A DNA stretch of 64,000 nt from Paraphysomonas bandaiensis (Eukaryota > Protista > Chrysophyceae). Where the stretch lies: assembly GCA_965644295.1 (NCBI GenBank), contig CBFFRP010000181.1, positions 195,214 to 259,213 on the forward strand. The letters are read 5' to 3'. Under the pieces are notes generated by a model, which worked only from the letters and a program-made list of their open reading frames with translations, had not been told where the DNA came from and did not search any database. The position numbers and the translations under genes were made by a program. Shown in pieces: positions 36,547-51,576 of this stretch; within the stretch, counting starts at the first letter, position 1; each line of letters starts with the position of its first letter.

Positions 36547-38393
36547 ACTCACTGTATCTTATACTGATATCTGAGTAGTGTTTAATATGAATCGTATTGT
36601 GATTTATATATACACGATTTGCTAGATGAATGATAGAATTGACTGACTTTCATTATATGAAGTTCAAGTCATTTATTTGACTTTCTTGATATGAATATTT
36701 TTTTTTTTTCATAAGGATTTTTATAGTTCGAATAGAATATTCGTGTTCTGTCATATGTAATTGAAGTAAAGTGTTTAAGTAGATGTAATAGACATTGGAC
36801 TGAGCGACGAAATCTAGAACACACTCCTTCTGTGTATGTGGAAATATTGTAGGTGGATCAGACAAAAAGTCCATAGTTTTTTAGTTGTATTAGGTTTTTT
36901 GATGATCAATATATATAAAAAAGGATGATTTTTTAAATAATCGACATAATTCTCAATATCACTCTGCACATATCGTCTCCAGGATGTTACTCCTGATCCG
37001 ACTCCATTAAGCAGAGATCAGCTCTACCCATATGTGTTACACAGTTCATGGACATGATATGTCAATGATGTCTACAATAGACCCTATATATGGCTCTTCG
37101 CTATTACTTATCAAACACAACGGGAATATTGGAGCCATATCGGTCATTGATGGGTGACTGACACATGATAGAATGAGATATATTGAAAGTCGTGGTGTCT
37201 GGTGAGTCTGTTAGTGGAAACTTATATTTAGTAGTTTGCATGATAGTATATAAGGAAAGAAATGGAGGACAAGTAGACTGTGTGTATGCAATGTGCCCCT
37301 ATATACGGTCTCTACGACCCTAGCGTACCAGATGGAAATAACAGGATTATTGTAAGATATCTCATCTTTCATTCTTGAACTTACAAAATGGCGAGAATCC
37401 CTTGCATGGCCTATGTGGGAATCTGAAAAAGATGTAGTTGGGCTTCTTCCTCATGTTATTTCAGGCTATGAACTGGACCCGCTCAGAGTTGAGGGCTGCA
37501 GTACTTCTGGAAGCTACGTCATGCTGGGGTACGTGTCCGTACATGTCGGTAACCTCATATTCTTAAAGTAGTGCCAGATGTTTTCCGTGATATGACGACA
37601 TTATTTACTTTATTGAATCGTTGTCGTGCGAGCTGATGATTTTTACCATATTGAAGAGCTGATAATACCTACGCTAAAGCCGCGTATTGTATGGGAAGTA
37701 TTATTGAAACAGTCAAATTGGTTGAATTACCTAGCCACACTGACTTTGGTGTAAAACTGGTCGAAGTATCAAATAATTCAATATTTGCAATCATTAATTG
37801 ATGGCTAGGTGAATACCATAAACACCAAGTCATCCAAGCCAATCCAGTCATTGTACACTGAAAATAGGAATTATTTGATGATTAGATTTTCAACCCCTTA
37901 ACTAGGTGGGACTAGTGACTAGGAAATTACACCAAATAGGCTGGGCCCAATAATAGATCCTGTATAGTATTGTATTGTGTATAGGTGTATAGTGCAGTCA
38001 TGCTACTAGAGGTTCATTGATGATAACATATGTGATTTTTGCAATCACTATACGCTATATGCAGAGCGGTATAAAGTTGACTGCATACTAAGAGAAAAAT
38101 CGAAAAGAAAAAGCCATGCGTATTGATTCTTGGTACATACCGTAGTTCCACTACGAAAACTACTTGTAAATGTAAGATGGATATTACGATATTATGATGC
38201 TTTCTTCATTTGCTGAAAATGATAAATCGTCTTCCAAGCTTAGTGTCAATATACTTCGTCTTGCTCGTTATTTATAATGATACATGTACCCACAAACACA
38301 ATAACCGAAACTCCAATATACTACACTCTACTATATATCCCACTTTTCAACAAAACACATTCTACTCAGTACAAACGAATCTCTAAGTGTCGT

Positions 38394-40039
38394 TCAATAT
38401 TCGTCATCAGAACTGTCACCATCAATAGGAGCTGTTGGTATAGATGATGACCGAGGGAGAGGAGCTGTGGAACTAAGTTTCTTAGTCATCATTTTGTGGG
38501 CACGTAGGGTCCTGATATGAACACAATAAGGCCACATATGCAGGGTAACATTATTTTACCTCTTAGTTGGCATGAGTGCAGCGGTTTTATTTGGTGGTGC
38601 AGGTAGTTCCCCTCCGTTAACTCTGTTGTCACACCGTTCCGGTAGACCCAGCCTAAGAAATATCCATAAGAGTAAATCGCATCATACGGACACCACGCCG
38701 AATTGCAAATAAGGACATACAATGGTAATTACATACCTGGTAGTGGTCGCGAGATGTCTGCGTGTAACACCTCCACTTTCTTCCGCATCTGCAATAGTAT
38801 CAAAAGTGTTGTTGGGCAGTACAGGGTTTTTATTCCCGGACGCAGTGAGGTAGAATGGTTGCTCAGGTGGGGGTTGAAACTCAGGATACGTAGAGCGAGA
38901 GAGTGCCCTTTCTCTCATATATGTCTGCGATGGCGGCACGCCTCTCATTAGAAGTGGATTCGCCCACTGGTCCATGTACGGGTCATCATTGCAAAGCGGG
39001 GTAGTGGGCTTCTCGAGTAACTTCGTTTTGCCCCCAGCAAAGAATGCGCCTTCTTTATCTCGAGTAAGGATTTCATGACGTATACGCTGCCTGATTCGCT
39101 CCTTCTCAAGTACATCGTATGGAACTGACGCCTATTGATCATATTACACACTACAGAGTGTTGCCTGACATCTCGATCTCACCTGCAGAGAAAGGCGGTG
39201 CTTCATTCCCTTCATAGGAACTTTTAGAGTACCGTTAAGGTCTCTGGTGAGTCCCTTCTTTGTTACACCCCTCGTTCTCAATAAGTCTTTCACGGCACCG
39301 CGCAAGTAATCTTCCACTGGTACGTCTTTAACAGTGGGGACCTCAAGCAGGGATGCGTACGGGTTGTACACGCCGCGGATTTGCTTCGTACTGACTAAGT
39401 GATGTAGATTTTCAGTGAGTTCCTTGAACTCTTTCTCCCTCTGCTGTCGTGAATTACTCTCTTCCATCTATAAATACGAATAAGTCGCGTAAACTGATAT
39501 ACACATCATGCTACCTCTGCTTGCTCTTTGGCATACTGCACCATCCGTTGCCTGACTTCTTGTCCTGTTTGTTCCACTTTATTCAAATAAGCTTTTCGAC
39601 TGGCATGATCCTGTCGATACTTTCTGCTATAATAGCCTCGAAATGACTTTTGTAGTTGTAATGCAAAGTACTGAAAAGCAGCATATTTACGCATCTCCAT
39701 TTTATCTCTAATCTTTCGACGACAATACTGTCTAGAGGAGTGTCCTCTAAAGACCCTCTGTATAACTAGTGCTGCAAGACTGTATATATATAAACATATG
39801 GATATAAATCATCTAATATGCATACTTTTTATGATATATTCCCACACGAGCAGTCCATCCACGAAAGAGTCTCTGTATACGATTAGCTGATAGATTCTCA
39901 TGTTCACTAACTTCATCAGCTTCACTAATATATGAATTATATATATATCAGTATATCAAAAAGATACTTACACTAGAAGGATATCAAGTTCATTAACTAT
40001 ATTATCAATTGAATGACATAATGTAAGGAGCTCACACAT
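38394..40039 (-). CDS. IQ-motif protein, SPATA17-like, multi-exon
   Basis: IQRLFRGW, IQRVFRGH, LQKSFRGYYSRKY and LHHLVSTKQIRGVYNPY (cf. SPATA17 HYLLSTKQIPGIYNSP). Confidence 0.75.
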
Positions 40040-40632
40040 ATTGATATATATAATCACTGATACTTATACACAGTGTATTGTAGGTAATAATGACATATAC
40101 TATGAAAGAAGTTAGAAGGTACTTTCCCTTCTCATCTCATATACAATATACGTAGCATAGATCCCTTTATATAGTAATTGAACACTCAGTCTTTTCATTC
40201 ACTTCGAGTTAGTTTAACTCACTCACTTCATTTTGCTTCAGTTGCATATTTTTTTTTATTTTGGAGGGTCGCTAATTGAAACTGCCAGGTGCAAACACAG
40301 CAACTGATGTACGGTGTGGAATAGGCACCATACAAAAAACTTATTGGGGTGGAATAAACTACAATACAAATACGTATACGTATTCTATCTCCCCTAACCA
40401 CACACATACACACATATACTGCTGTGTACCCATACATATATACATACATATACATAACACACATTCTCATACACGTATGTATCCATACATATATACACTG
40501 CTGTATATAGAAGATTATATACATATACGTACATGCATCTATGAGCTACAGTATGTAGCTTATGGTTATATACACGTACACATTGCATATTATTCACCTC
40601 ACATAACATAATCATATATATATATTAACAAT

Positions 40633-42390
40633 ATGAGTACAGGCGGTTCAGGACCGTCTCAAGCTTTACTTGGCAATGCTGCAATTGCAGCTGCAATTAA
40701 ATCTGGTAATGTTAATATAGCCGGACAGATGAAAGTCGAAGAAATGGATCTCTCATCTGAAAGTAAAGAAGCACAAATGCAACATGCTGAAACATTAAGA
40801 AGATTTGAAGCTCAACAACGATCACGTGCAATATTAGTACCAACATTAATTGATGATGTAAAGAAGAAGTTAAGAGAGCTGGGTCATGAGGTTACTCTAT
40901 TCGGTGAAGGGCCAGGAGATAGAAGAGAGCGACTGAAGACAGTTATCGCTGAAATGGAATTATCTGAAGAAGATGCGCGTGATATGCAGGTAACGAATTA
41001 ACCGTGCAATGTATATGTTATGAACGAAATATGCAAATATGGAATATCATCGAATGCATTTGGAGAATATTTCAGCATGTCTAATTTGTTATTTCAGAGA
41101 TTTATGGCTTCCAGTCGCCCAGGTGCAGGCTCTAGTGAGCTAGCGATGCCTGGTGGTTACACTGAGCAGAAGCCTGCGACGTCGTCCACATCAACTTCAT
41201 CATCGAAAGAAGTGTTTTATACACACGCTCCGGATGCCCTCGTGGCGGCCAGAAAATATTTGTGTGAGTACTCTTTCCCCCGTGCGCACGATAGACTCCT
41301 GAGGACGAAACGTGTCCGAGAGAGTGAACAGATGCAGGTAGAAGAGGACAAGTTAGTCGGGGAGAAATATTTGCATCTCAAAGGACTCTCACTCGCTGCC
41401 AGTCAGTTCGTTGACGACCGACCTCTGTGTAGTGTTCGATACTCGCCAGACGACTCTATGATTGCGGTGGGAAGTTGGACTGGTGTAGTGAAAATGTGGG
41501 ACAGCACTTCACTGGACAATGTCGGTATGTTTACGGGCCATGAGGAGCGGGTAACGTCAGTTGCTTGGCAACCTGTAGCGTCAGGTAGTGGAGGGTTATT
41601 GGCCTCCTCGGCGGCGGATGGCACGTGCATGCTCTGGCATCCGTCAAGAGGTCATAGTGCGAGCAATGCCGTTCGTGGAACTGCGATGGAAACAGATGAG
41701 GCTGATGGTGGTGCAAGTTCTGGAGATAAGGATGTTATTGCCAGAGAGGTGAGCGACAGAGGGAGAGCGGGTGTACTCAGAGGACATGAAGGTGTCGTTT
41801 CCAGATGTGCCTTTCATCCCAGTGGGACATACATCGGTACTGCAGGTCACGACTACACATGGCGTCTATGGGATGTCGAAACGTGTACGGAACTACTAAT
41901 GCAGGATGGCCATGCGAAGGAGTGTAATGCCATTGCCTTCCATCACGACGGCGCATTGACTCTAACTGGAGATACTGGAGGAGTGGCACTTTTATGGGAC
42001 ATTCGCAGTGGTCAATGCATACAAGTATTCCAGGGGCACATAAAGAAGATAGTATCTGCATCTTTCAACGTCAATGGATTCATGGTGGCAACTGGTAGCA
42101 CTGATAACACTGCAAAAGTGTGGGATTTGCGGACTAAGAAGGTGGGGTACACACTACCAGCACATTCAAGCATTATATCTGACACCCGTTTCTCGAGCTC
42201 TGGAGAGATACTCACCACGAGCTCTTTCGATGGTACGCTTAAGATGTGGAATACTAGAAACTTTGACATTATTAAAACTCTCTCTGGTCACGAAGGGAAA
42301 GTTATGAGTTGTGATATGTCCAGTGATGAAACGAGTTTAATATCTGCAGGTTATGACCGAACGATAAAACTGTGGAAAAAAGATGACTGA
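40633..42390 (+). CDS. PRPF4: U4/U6 snRNP WD40 protein Prp4, 2 exons
   Basis: PRP4 motif [33 protein letters not shown]; WD40 repeats ([25 protein letters not shown]). Confidence 0.95.
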
Positions 42391-43039
42391 TTTGTGAAGG
42401 TACTGCATAATTCTAGAATTTAGACATTTAATAAATACGACAAAATTCTTTCATAAATTCTACTTCACACTTTTAACATATCAATATAAAAACAATCCAG
42501 TACTATTTTCTATCCTGACAAGCGGAACAGTAGGTCATAGCTCAGATGCTTTGCTACTCTTGTGACACAGAAACTGCAATAACGATGACCATTATGCCAG
42601 AAGAGGCGATATTCTTTTTCTACAATCTCCACATTCAAGTGTCGTCGCAGCACATCCAATCCTCAGAATCTTAGCCTTGTGAGATGTTTGTTAATCGTTA
42701 ATTAGGTATTCGTTATTTAGGGGGGTTAAATGGCTTGCTCCCTTCCGCTTGTTATAGACAGCCAATAAATACTTTTCTCGTATTTTAACACTAAAACATT
42801 GTACAGAGTGATATAGTATATAGTAAATTAGAGGAATCAACAAAAGGGTAAATTCTTTCGGAACTTCAAGAGCAGCAGCTGCAATTACCGCAAATCGGAG
42901 ATAAACTTCAGGAAAGACTCATTAAGAAAGAGTATGACTGAATGTGGCCTTACATCTCATAATTATAAATTTTGATTAATCAACTTTATATACATTGGTT
43001 CTAGTGTAGAAATAACCACCGTCATCTTCTACTATATTG

Positions 43040-44025
43040 CTACAGGGGTTCACTGCTATTCGAAACAATACTGCAGGATGTTATATAATCAACAAGTGGA
43101 AATTCGCTCTCCAAGTACTCTAACCCTCTATTCATTATCTTTCCTTGGCTTATTTTTTCTCCATAGCCAGTGTAAATGCTACCCAGCACACGCAAGCTTT
43201 CCTCGCCAACCACTTGCCCAAATGGTACCTCCCATGGCGAGCCGCCGCAGAGACGACCGTTATCCTCAAATGCAATTATGAGCTGTGTCCCCCTGAGCAC
43301 AATTCGCTCAAAAACACAAAAGAAACGGACTGAAATACCTGGAATTTTTTCCCGCTCCTGCATATGCGATGTAACCCTTTTGGAATCTCTTCACTCCATT
43401 TATCTCCCTGTTAGTCGGTCCTAACATACATATCACACATCAATAAATTGGTAACGTGCACTTACCAAGAGGAAGCCAGGAAGGATCATCAATGAGACTC
43501 CCCTTCTTGTGCCATTCCTTTTGCACTGCGGGATCGCCAGATAAGCCAAACTGTACCAAGAATCCTTTCAAGGCTCGGAACAGGGCAACCTTTGATGAAA
43601 AGAATTTCGATGTAACCATGTCAAGGAATCTTTCAGCTCCTCTGGGAGCCCATTTGGGATACACAGCTATACAGTATGATATCAACAGTATTAATATCAT
43701 ACATGATGCGTTTACCTATAACCATGTCGCCTTTAGTAGTCGAACAGCAAACTAAAACTCTATACGACTTCGGAGGAGGCACCATATGAACATCACTGAA
43801 CGTTATATGCCTCCAGTCCACTCCGCAATTCGGAACACTAATATCTGTATTATAACCAAAAGATTCTATTGAAGGCTCCGTTTTGGGGTTTATATGCAGT
43901 GGATTGCTACCACTGTGTACATGTCTCTTATTACTGCTATCTTCAGATATATACAAAGATATAGCTAGTAGTATAAAGCTAATGATACTAACTGCTGCAA
44001 GTACGATCGTTAGATTGACTTTCAT
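43040..44025 (-). CDS. Cyclophilin-type peptidyl-prolyl isomerase with N-terminal membrane anchor, multi-exon
   Basis: TTKGDMVI-VYPKWAPRGAERFLDMV..FRALKGFLVQFGLSGDP, GKNSRGTQL, PWEVPFGQV. Confidence 0.85.
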
Positions 44026-44552
44026 TTGGTTGGGTATGCAATTATCATGTTTATGCAATTGTAGACCGTTAATAGACCGCGACTGCCTATTCCTCTTGAC
44101 TGTTGTGTAGCTCAAGAGTAGTGCATATCTATGTAAAAAATACTGATATATTGATCCAATTTCAAAATAATGGCATTTTAAGGAGAAAACTCTGAAATTA
44201 TATTGCTATTTTTTGATTGTTGCCTAAAAATTCAGGTCGATTTAGAATACAGTACTGTAGTTCTATACTCTGTAACGGTCTAGCCTGCGGACTGTACGCA
44301 CCATATAAAGTACATATGCATACAGTCGTGCGCTGTACATGACAGACGATCCACACTATGCATGTTACAACACACTGGATACAGATGATGCAATCGTTAA
44401 CTGCATGTAACGTGTTAATTTAATACTATAACAGACCCTAGAGATATTACTCTGGTAGCATTAACATACTTGCACTCTAATAGAGATTTTGTGCATTTAG
44501 TCCTGTTAGAACACGTTAATATCTATCTCAACCTGATATACATGATGTCCCG

Positions 44553-45690
44553 ATGATGATGGATTCAGACAGTACAGTTGAGGTTTCGCCAGATATACTG
44601 GTGCGTTTGTGCTATTTGGTTGAGATGAGTTGAATAATAATTTATAAAGGCCAAAAGGAACCACCTCAGTAGTGTGCTGCATCGACGACTTGTTGCGAAA
44701 TTAGGACCTCGAGCGAAGTAATTATACATTACATTTTCGTATCTTGTGAATTGATTTGACATTGCGTAGGGGAAACGAAAAATGGATTTCGAAACATATA
44801 GATGAATTCGTTGAGAATTCTTTGGGGTACACACCCGCTGACATTGACAGAATGGAGAAGGCGATTCGCTACGATATTCATTCCAATATGCAAGCGACCT
44901 TGGAGGCCAACAATGTTAGCGGAGGATTTCGGCCTAATATTACTCTCGGTAATACACGGAGTACAGCATGGCAAGCATCAAGTAAAACTGAAGCTTCCAG
45001 GCCTTGGAGGGATTCACTCATTAGCACGAGTCCGATAAAGCGAACGAAAAAAGTGTTCCAATCTCGCCACGAGCAGCAGACTGCAAAGAAGATGCAAACG
45101 CAGCGTATCCTTTATGAGCCACCTGCTTCCTCATATAAGCCGCCGCGACAAAAGTACGATCAGTATGCACCCTACTTTCAGCAGTACGAAGGATATCGGT
45201 ATCATTTGAAGCCCGTTACTATGCCAGTACATGTGCCTCCTGAGAAAAGGGTACTTACCTTCCTGTTGTTTGGTTTCATATTTCACCGTTTGGTCAGGTG
45301 AAACCTCCAGTGCTGCTGCCAGAATGTATAGATGAGTATATCCGCATCGAGGAGAGGAAAAAGCTTGAGGCAGAGGAACTGGAGCAACGACGGGCCATGT
45401 TCAAGGATTACAAGCAAATGGAGCAGGCCAGGGATGATGCCGAGCGAAAGAGGTTGAAGCGTGCCCTGAAGCGACAGCAAACAAAACACCAGCAACTTCA
45501 AAAACGGCTAGAAATGACCTGCGAGCCGTTACCTCTTAGAAATACGATATCTGTGGCCTCTGCACGTCCAATGTCGTCCGCTGTGCTAATGCGCGAGACT
45601 CCTCTTACTGGCACCCTCGGGACAATAATACGCAACCCAGGTCATGAGACCGGCAGAATATCAACTGCTCTTCCATCCTGTAGAGCATAG
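44553..45690 (+). CDS. Hypothetical protein with C-terminal coiled coil, 4 exons
   Basis: Consistent GT-AG splicing links MMMDSDS.., AKRNHLSS.., ORF 44756 and ORF 45298. Confidence 0.65.
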
Positions 45691-46262
45691 TGTGAAAATC
45701 ACCTATCTAATGTATCTGTGTGGTGAGTGTACTGTGTCATCTTATGCACTGCTGTGTAACAGCGCACTCAATTTCTGTTATCCTATTGAAAATTGCGTAT
45801 GAAGTAGTTGTATAAAGCTATATGCAAATAGCTGAACGTAATGCTCACTGGTGGCACTTACTTTCAGTCATCCTTGACAATAGGATATGTTGTGGGTTAA
45901 GATAGTATAGAAGTAATTCGTCAGTGCATTGTAGCAAAATAATAATGAAGAGTATAACGCTTTATCACATATGCAGTATCGTTATTTGTATGATGTATAT
46001 ATCCATTGAAGATAATGTTTAGGAGAGTCTTACTGAATTAGCTGAGCTGTCGCACGAAGAAAAGGTATAAGGCATTTATGACATGCGACATACATCATAA
46101 CCACGCAACAATCATTTTCATTTCGATTTGGTACTTATCACTCCTCGTGCAAATAGTATAACACTGCAATTAGAGCCCTTGTTAATAAAAATTCATCACT
46201 ATATTATTTAATTGAAACAAAGTAACAAAACCGCGGTCGTGAAGTTGAAATTTGATGTGCAA

Positions 46263-46660
46263 TTATATTACAGGGCCAAGTCCCGGGATGTAGTTACCAT
46301 TACCACCACCCTCCCATGTGGGATCAATAGACCCATAAATTCCTTTAACGTAACTTCGAAGTTCCGCGTTACTTTTATTAGTGATGTGTTCCTCTAGTCC
46401 CTTCAGCCAAGTATCGGAGTGCAACTTATTAACAAAACTTTGATATCTGGCTTCTGTACGCTCCCTTAAATTCTTATGTTCATGTGCACTGGTTTGTATT
46501 TGATATGTTTGAAAAGCATGTACACCAACGAGTGTAACAACTACAAAGTTAACTATACGTCTCCTTTTCTCCATTTTAAGGAGCTTCTCTCCAGATACCT
46601 GCAAGAGATAGTTAATGTAATGTTCTAGATATATGTATAACTTACTTTGAATTTTAGCAT
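46263..46660 (-). CDS. Small single-pass membrane hypothetical protein, 2 exons
   Basis: MLKFK, intron, then VSGEKLLKMEKRRRIVNFVVVTLVGVHAF... Confidence 0.55.
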
Positions 46661-46915
46661 TGGTATTATATGGGATTTATTTGGTGATAATGTGTTTTGT
46701 TTGGGTTATTGTTATGTTGTGGTACTTAAATAGAGTTATGTGTGTGTATATGTAGAGCTAGATATATATGGTGGTACGAGTAGTGGCCGCCTCTATATGG
46801 TGTACTGCTGTACGATTTACTCTGCGGTGATGTGTGTGGTGTACCTGTACAGTGGAATACAGTAGTACAGTACAACAGTACAGCCTGCATTCCCTCTCTA
46901 TGTATTCACAGCAGT

Positions 46916-47735
46916 ACATACATACATACATACATACATACATACATACATACATACATACATACATACATACATACATACATACATACATACATACATA
47001 CATACATACATACATACATACATACATACATACATACATACATACATACATACATACATACATACATACATACATACATACATACATACATACATACATA
47101 CATACATACATACATACATACATACATACATACATACATACTGAACATACATACATACATACTGAACATACATACATACATACATACATACATACATACA
47201 TACATACATACATACATACATACATACATACATACATACATAATACATACATCAGAAATTCTGATGTATGTATTATGTATGTATGTATGTATGTATGTAT
47301 GTATGTATGTATGTATGTATGTATGTATGTATGTATGTATGTATGTATGTATGTATGTATGTATGTATGTATGTATGTATGTATGTATGTATGTATGTAT
47401 GTATGTATGTATGTATGTATGTATGTATGTATGTATGTATGTATGTATGTATGTATGTATGTATGTATGTATGTATGTATGTATGTATGTATGTATGTAT
47501 GTATGTATGTATGTATGTATGTATGTATGTATGTATGTATGTATGTATGTATGTATGTATGTATGTATGTATGTATGTATGTTCAGTATGTATGTATGTA
47601 TGTATGTATGTATGTATGTATGTATGTATGTATGTATGTATGTATGTATGTATGTATGTATGTATGTATGTATGTATGTATGTATGTATGTATGTTCAGT
47701 ATGTATGTATGTATGTATGTATGTATGTATGTATG
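46916..47735. repeat. Inverted microsatellite (CATA)n-atcagaa.a.ttctgat-(TATG)n
   Basis: Perfect dyad centred on 47258; arms about 340 and 480 bp. Confidence 0.95.
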
Positions 47736-47859
47736 CACGGTTTGACCGTTGAAAACACTATTTCAAACACCTCAATCAACTTCCACAATCAACACAACAT
47801 ACATATATATATATATACTGCACGACACATATATCGCTGAGACTATTTGTTGAATACTA

Positions 47860-50800
47860 ATGAGTGAAGCAAAGATAGTTCACGTATTTGAAGAAGCTCA
47901 GCGTTCTGAGTCCACACATAGAAATGAAGCAAAGAAACTGTTACACTTAATTAACACAACTGAAACAACTGATTGTTTGGTTAAGAAAATTATAACCAAT
48001 TGTTATGATAAAATTCTTATTTGCTCAAAACAAGAGAAAGTTGTGGATAGAATTATGAAGTTTTTTTGTAAATTTGTTGCTGTTACAAACGATCAGCATC
48101 TGTTTGACTTTATGAACTACCTCATTACAAGGACATCTTGTTCAGATAAAGTTGTCCGCTATCGTGCATGTCAATCTATATGCATGATTATATCTGCTAT
48201 GGGAGAGAATGCTGAGATTGATGATGCGCTTTGGGATATGATTAGCACATGCCTAGTTGTACGTCTACGTGACAAGCATCCCGCCGTTCGACTGTGGGCT
48301 CTCAAAGGCCTGAAAGAATTTCAAGATCCTTCTAATTCTTCCGATGTAATCACCCAGGAATTTATCAGATTAATGGAAAGTGATACGTCAAAAGAAGTAC
48401 GGGTTGCTGCAATTCAAACTATTGTGCTAACTACCTCAAGCCTATTCTCTGTTCTCCATCGCCTGCGGGATATAAAACAGGATGTCCGTTTGGCCTGCAT
48501 TCAGAGGCTATCTGAAATTGAAGCCGTGCAGCTTCAAAAAGTGCAGTTGTCACTTTTCGTTAAATATGGACTGGGTGATCGCGATGAGACGGTGCGTGCA
48601 GCTGCAATGTCGCTAGTCGTCAAGTGGATGCAGACACTTAAATTCAATATCCCTAAGCTCTTACAGTTGGTTGGACTGCGTTCCCATCGCCAAGAGGTAG
48701 ACATGTTGGCATGGAGCATAATTCATGAGTGCCAAAAGGAGTCTATTCAGTCTGGACCGCTGCAGTCGGCAGTTATGCGTGGTATGGAAGTGGATTGGGA
48801 GGAATGTGGCTTCTCTGACCTCCTTGCCTCAGAGCTATTATGGCTGCTCGCCCGATGCATGTACTTCCATCGCACCCTACCCCGTGCCCAAGCCTGTGAT
48901 CGCACAGAATCACTATTGCCTGATACTGTCATTCTGTGCAGATTACTGCTGGATGGTGCAACAGCCCTGCAAAGTGGACTTGTGCAGGGCTCAACTGGAA
49001 TGGCCTTGCTGGGAATGGAGTGCTTGCTGCGCCTTACCGCCTATGCTGACACCTCTGATGTAGCAGGATGCCAACAGTTGATATCCGTCTGTAGGGCTAT
49101 GATCGAAGACGTTGAATTCTGTGATGATCTTGTGGATTCGGTACTGGTTGCGTACAGTAAAGCTATCTCCACAGTCTCGGGACGCACATCTGTTAGTGTC
49201 CTCGTGCAGGAGCTGGTTGAGGTTGCACAGAAGGTATATTGAATAGATAATATATGTTCTTGTATATTAAGTATACGACAGGTGTGGCCATGTACTATTG
49301 CAGAAAGCGATTCAGTAAGGGAAGACGAGGAGGAGCGCCGGGTTCTATCTCAGATTCGGTCGTTACATATCATTGCGTGGTGTGTCCAAAACCACACCGC
49401 TGCTGAGCATCGTAAGCAGGAGTCGTTTACCGACCCCCTTGTGCCAATGGTATTAGAAGCACTGCAGCAGCCTTGCGAAGAGTTGAGATCCTTTGCCCTC
49501 CGCGTTTTGGGTTTGCTAGGAATATCCTCGGCTAGGCACTGTGCAGCGTTTGCTGGCATTGTTTTGCAGGTGGCGAATGCAACTCAAGAAGATACCTTTA
49601 TACGCTGTCAAGCAATTGAATCTCTGGCTGATATGGCTATGGTACATACCGATGAGTTAATTAGTGAAGATACACTTGTGCGTTTGCTTCTCATACTGAT
49701 GGACTGTGGAGATTGTATTATTCAGCGTGTAGCCGCAGAAGCTTCCGCCAAGTTGCTTTTCTCTGGTCGTATAGTGAAATCCCCGGCACTCTTTGCTCAG
49801 CTTGTGAAGGTTTTCTTTCATCCATTTGAGTCTAATGATGAAGCAGATGAAAATTGTACAGCAGAAAAAGGTTCAGCAGCTTATCTGGATCAGATACTAA
49901 GTGTTTTCTTTCCTGCTTTCTTCAGTGCTGGAGGGGGGCGGGGTGATATAGCATTACATTCCGTCCCTCTTCTCATTGCTGATATTTGCATGCTGGTGCG
50001 AGATGAGTTCATACCCTCCATGCCTATTGTGCAGGTTCGTGTACTCAGTGTTGATGTATTCTCAAGTAATTGTATGGAATAGATGATGGAGCACATACTG
50101 GGATGGTGCGAGTTTCTTCCCAATGATTCTGGAGACAGCACGGACACAACATGCACTCGTATTCAACGAGGATTAAAGATACAGATCTGCGCGTCCGTAC
50201 TCAAGGAAATGCTGGTACTGCAATCGAACAAGTCATCTCACAAGGCTTTATTAAAGGAACTTTCCAAAGTTCTAGTGCTGCTTACACCTTGCGAATCATG
50301 GGTTTTCAGCCATGCTGTGGTAAGAGTATATTTACGTCCGCTACTCATCTAAGATACGCTTAGGGGCAGGAACTTATCAAGACTCTAATAACCTTAAAAA
50401 GACAATGTCGTCTCGACAAAGTCTCTGCTAAGAGTGTGGACAAGCTACACACATCCTGTCGTGATACTGTCAAGAACTTCTCTAGTGAAGTAACAGAAGA
50501 AACTGATGAAGAAAAGAGCGACATGCACCCCATGTATGAAATTGAAATGTGTGTAGTGAGCTTTTAATATGTGTTATAGCAACCCTTTTTGGAGTCTTGC
50601 TCCAGGATTGGCTGATATGGTTGACGCAGCATCTGATGATGAGAGCGTTTTGGGTAGTGCTTCTAGTGACGATGACGACTTTGAAGAGGCAGATAACAAT
50701 GCTGAAGTGGAGCAGCCTGTCCGGACTCGCATATCACGCTCGTCTAAAGTTCAAGCTCAAAGTCGAATAAGCATACAACTATCTGATGAAAATGCCGAAA

Positions 50801-50889
50801 ATGCTAAACGAACTACGATCTCAGTAAAAGATGAACCGCATGACGATATCTACAGTGAAGGAAATAATGCTTATGAATCGCTGTTGTAA
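47860..50889 (+). CDS. NCAPG: Condensin complex subunit 3 (CAP-G/Ycg1), multi-exon
   Basis: VFEEAQRS..H, DKVVRYRACQ, EIDDALWD, RLRDKHPAVR, DTSKEVRVAA, RLRD..DVR, GLGDRDETVR, AAEASAKLL..GRI, QILSVFFPAF. Confidence 0.88.
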
Positions 50890-51576
50890 TCTACTGGAAA
50901 TATGATATCTGTATCTATTACATGGTGTACAATGCAGCCTAATACTGTTATTGTTTGCTCAATAGCACTGTGGATGTTGTATTCAATAACAGATTCATTA
51001 TGTGTCTGGCGTCTGCTCTAATATTTATCGATAAGTAATTTATAATGATGAGGGTACATACGTACAACAAGACATATTCTGAGTGAATTACCAGCGTCTC
51101 ATTAACTGTATAAGATCGTGTCTATATAAGATCGTATGAAAAATGATTGGTGGGTGGAGATAACATGAATTTGGCGAATGACAATGGATGAATAAGTGAG
51201 ATTGATAATAATTATAATTACAGCTTTGAGTGTGAATTATGGTTCAGCTTATCAAGCATTTACCATCCTATATCCTATTATGTCAAATCTGCATAAAGTA
51301 CACTCATATTGCAGAAATGCTCTTATTAACGTACAGTCCCTAATCCCTAATATAAAATAATTCCGGACCACCCATTCTCGATTAATATATATCCATCGCA
51401 TTGCTTACTTTACGTTCATTAGATAAGAGTTAATTGAGTATACATACTTCACACATAGAGATCGTTTCTTAGAATAAATGTGTCGCTATCCTTTGATATA
51501 TTTGCTACACTTTTATAATGTAATCATGTTGCGTAATATGAGGATAGTATGATGCAAGAGAGAAACGCAAATCCCT

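Noticed and set aside
16304-50889. Functional cluster of genome-maintenance genes (MRE11, NSE2, NCAPG) or flagellar genes
   Set aside because: Widely spaced and interleaved with unrelated genes; no evidence beyond chance.
51338-51352. Telomere-like ccctaatccctaat
   Set aside because: Only two imperfect units.
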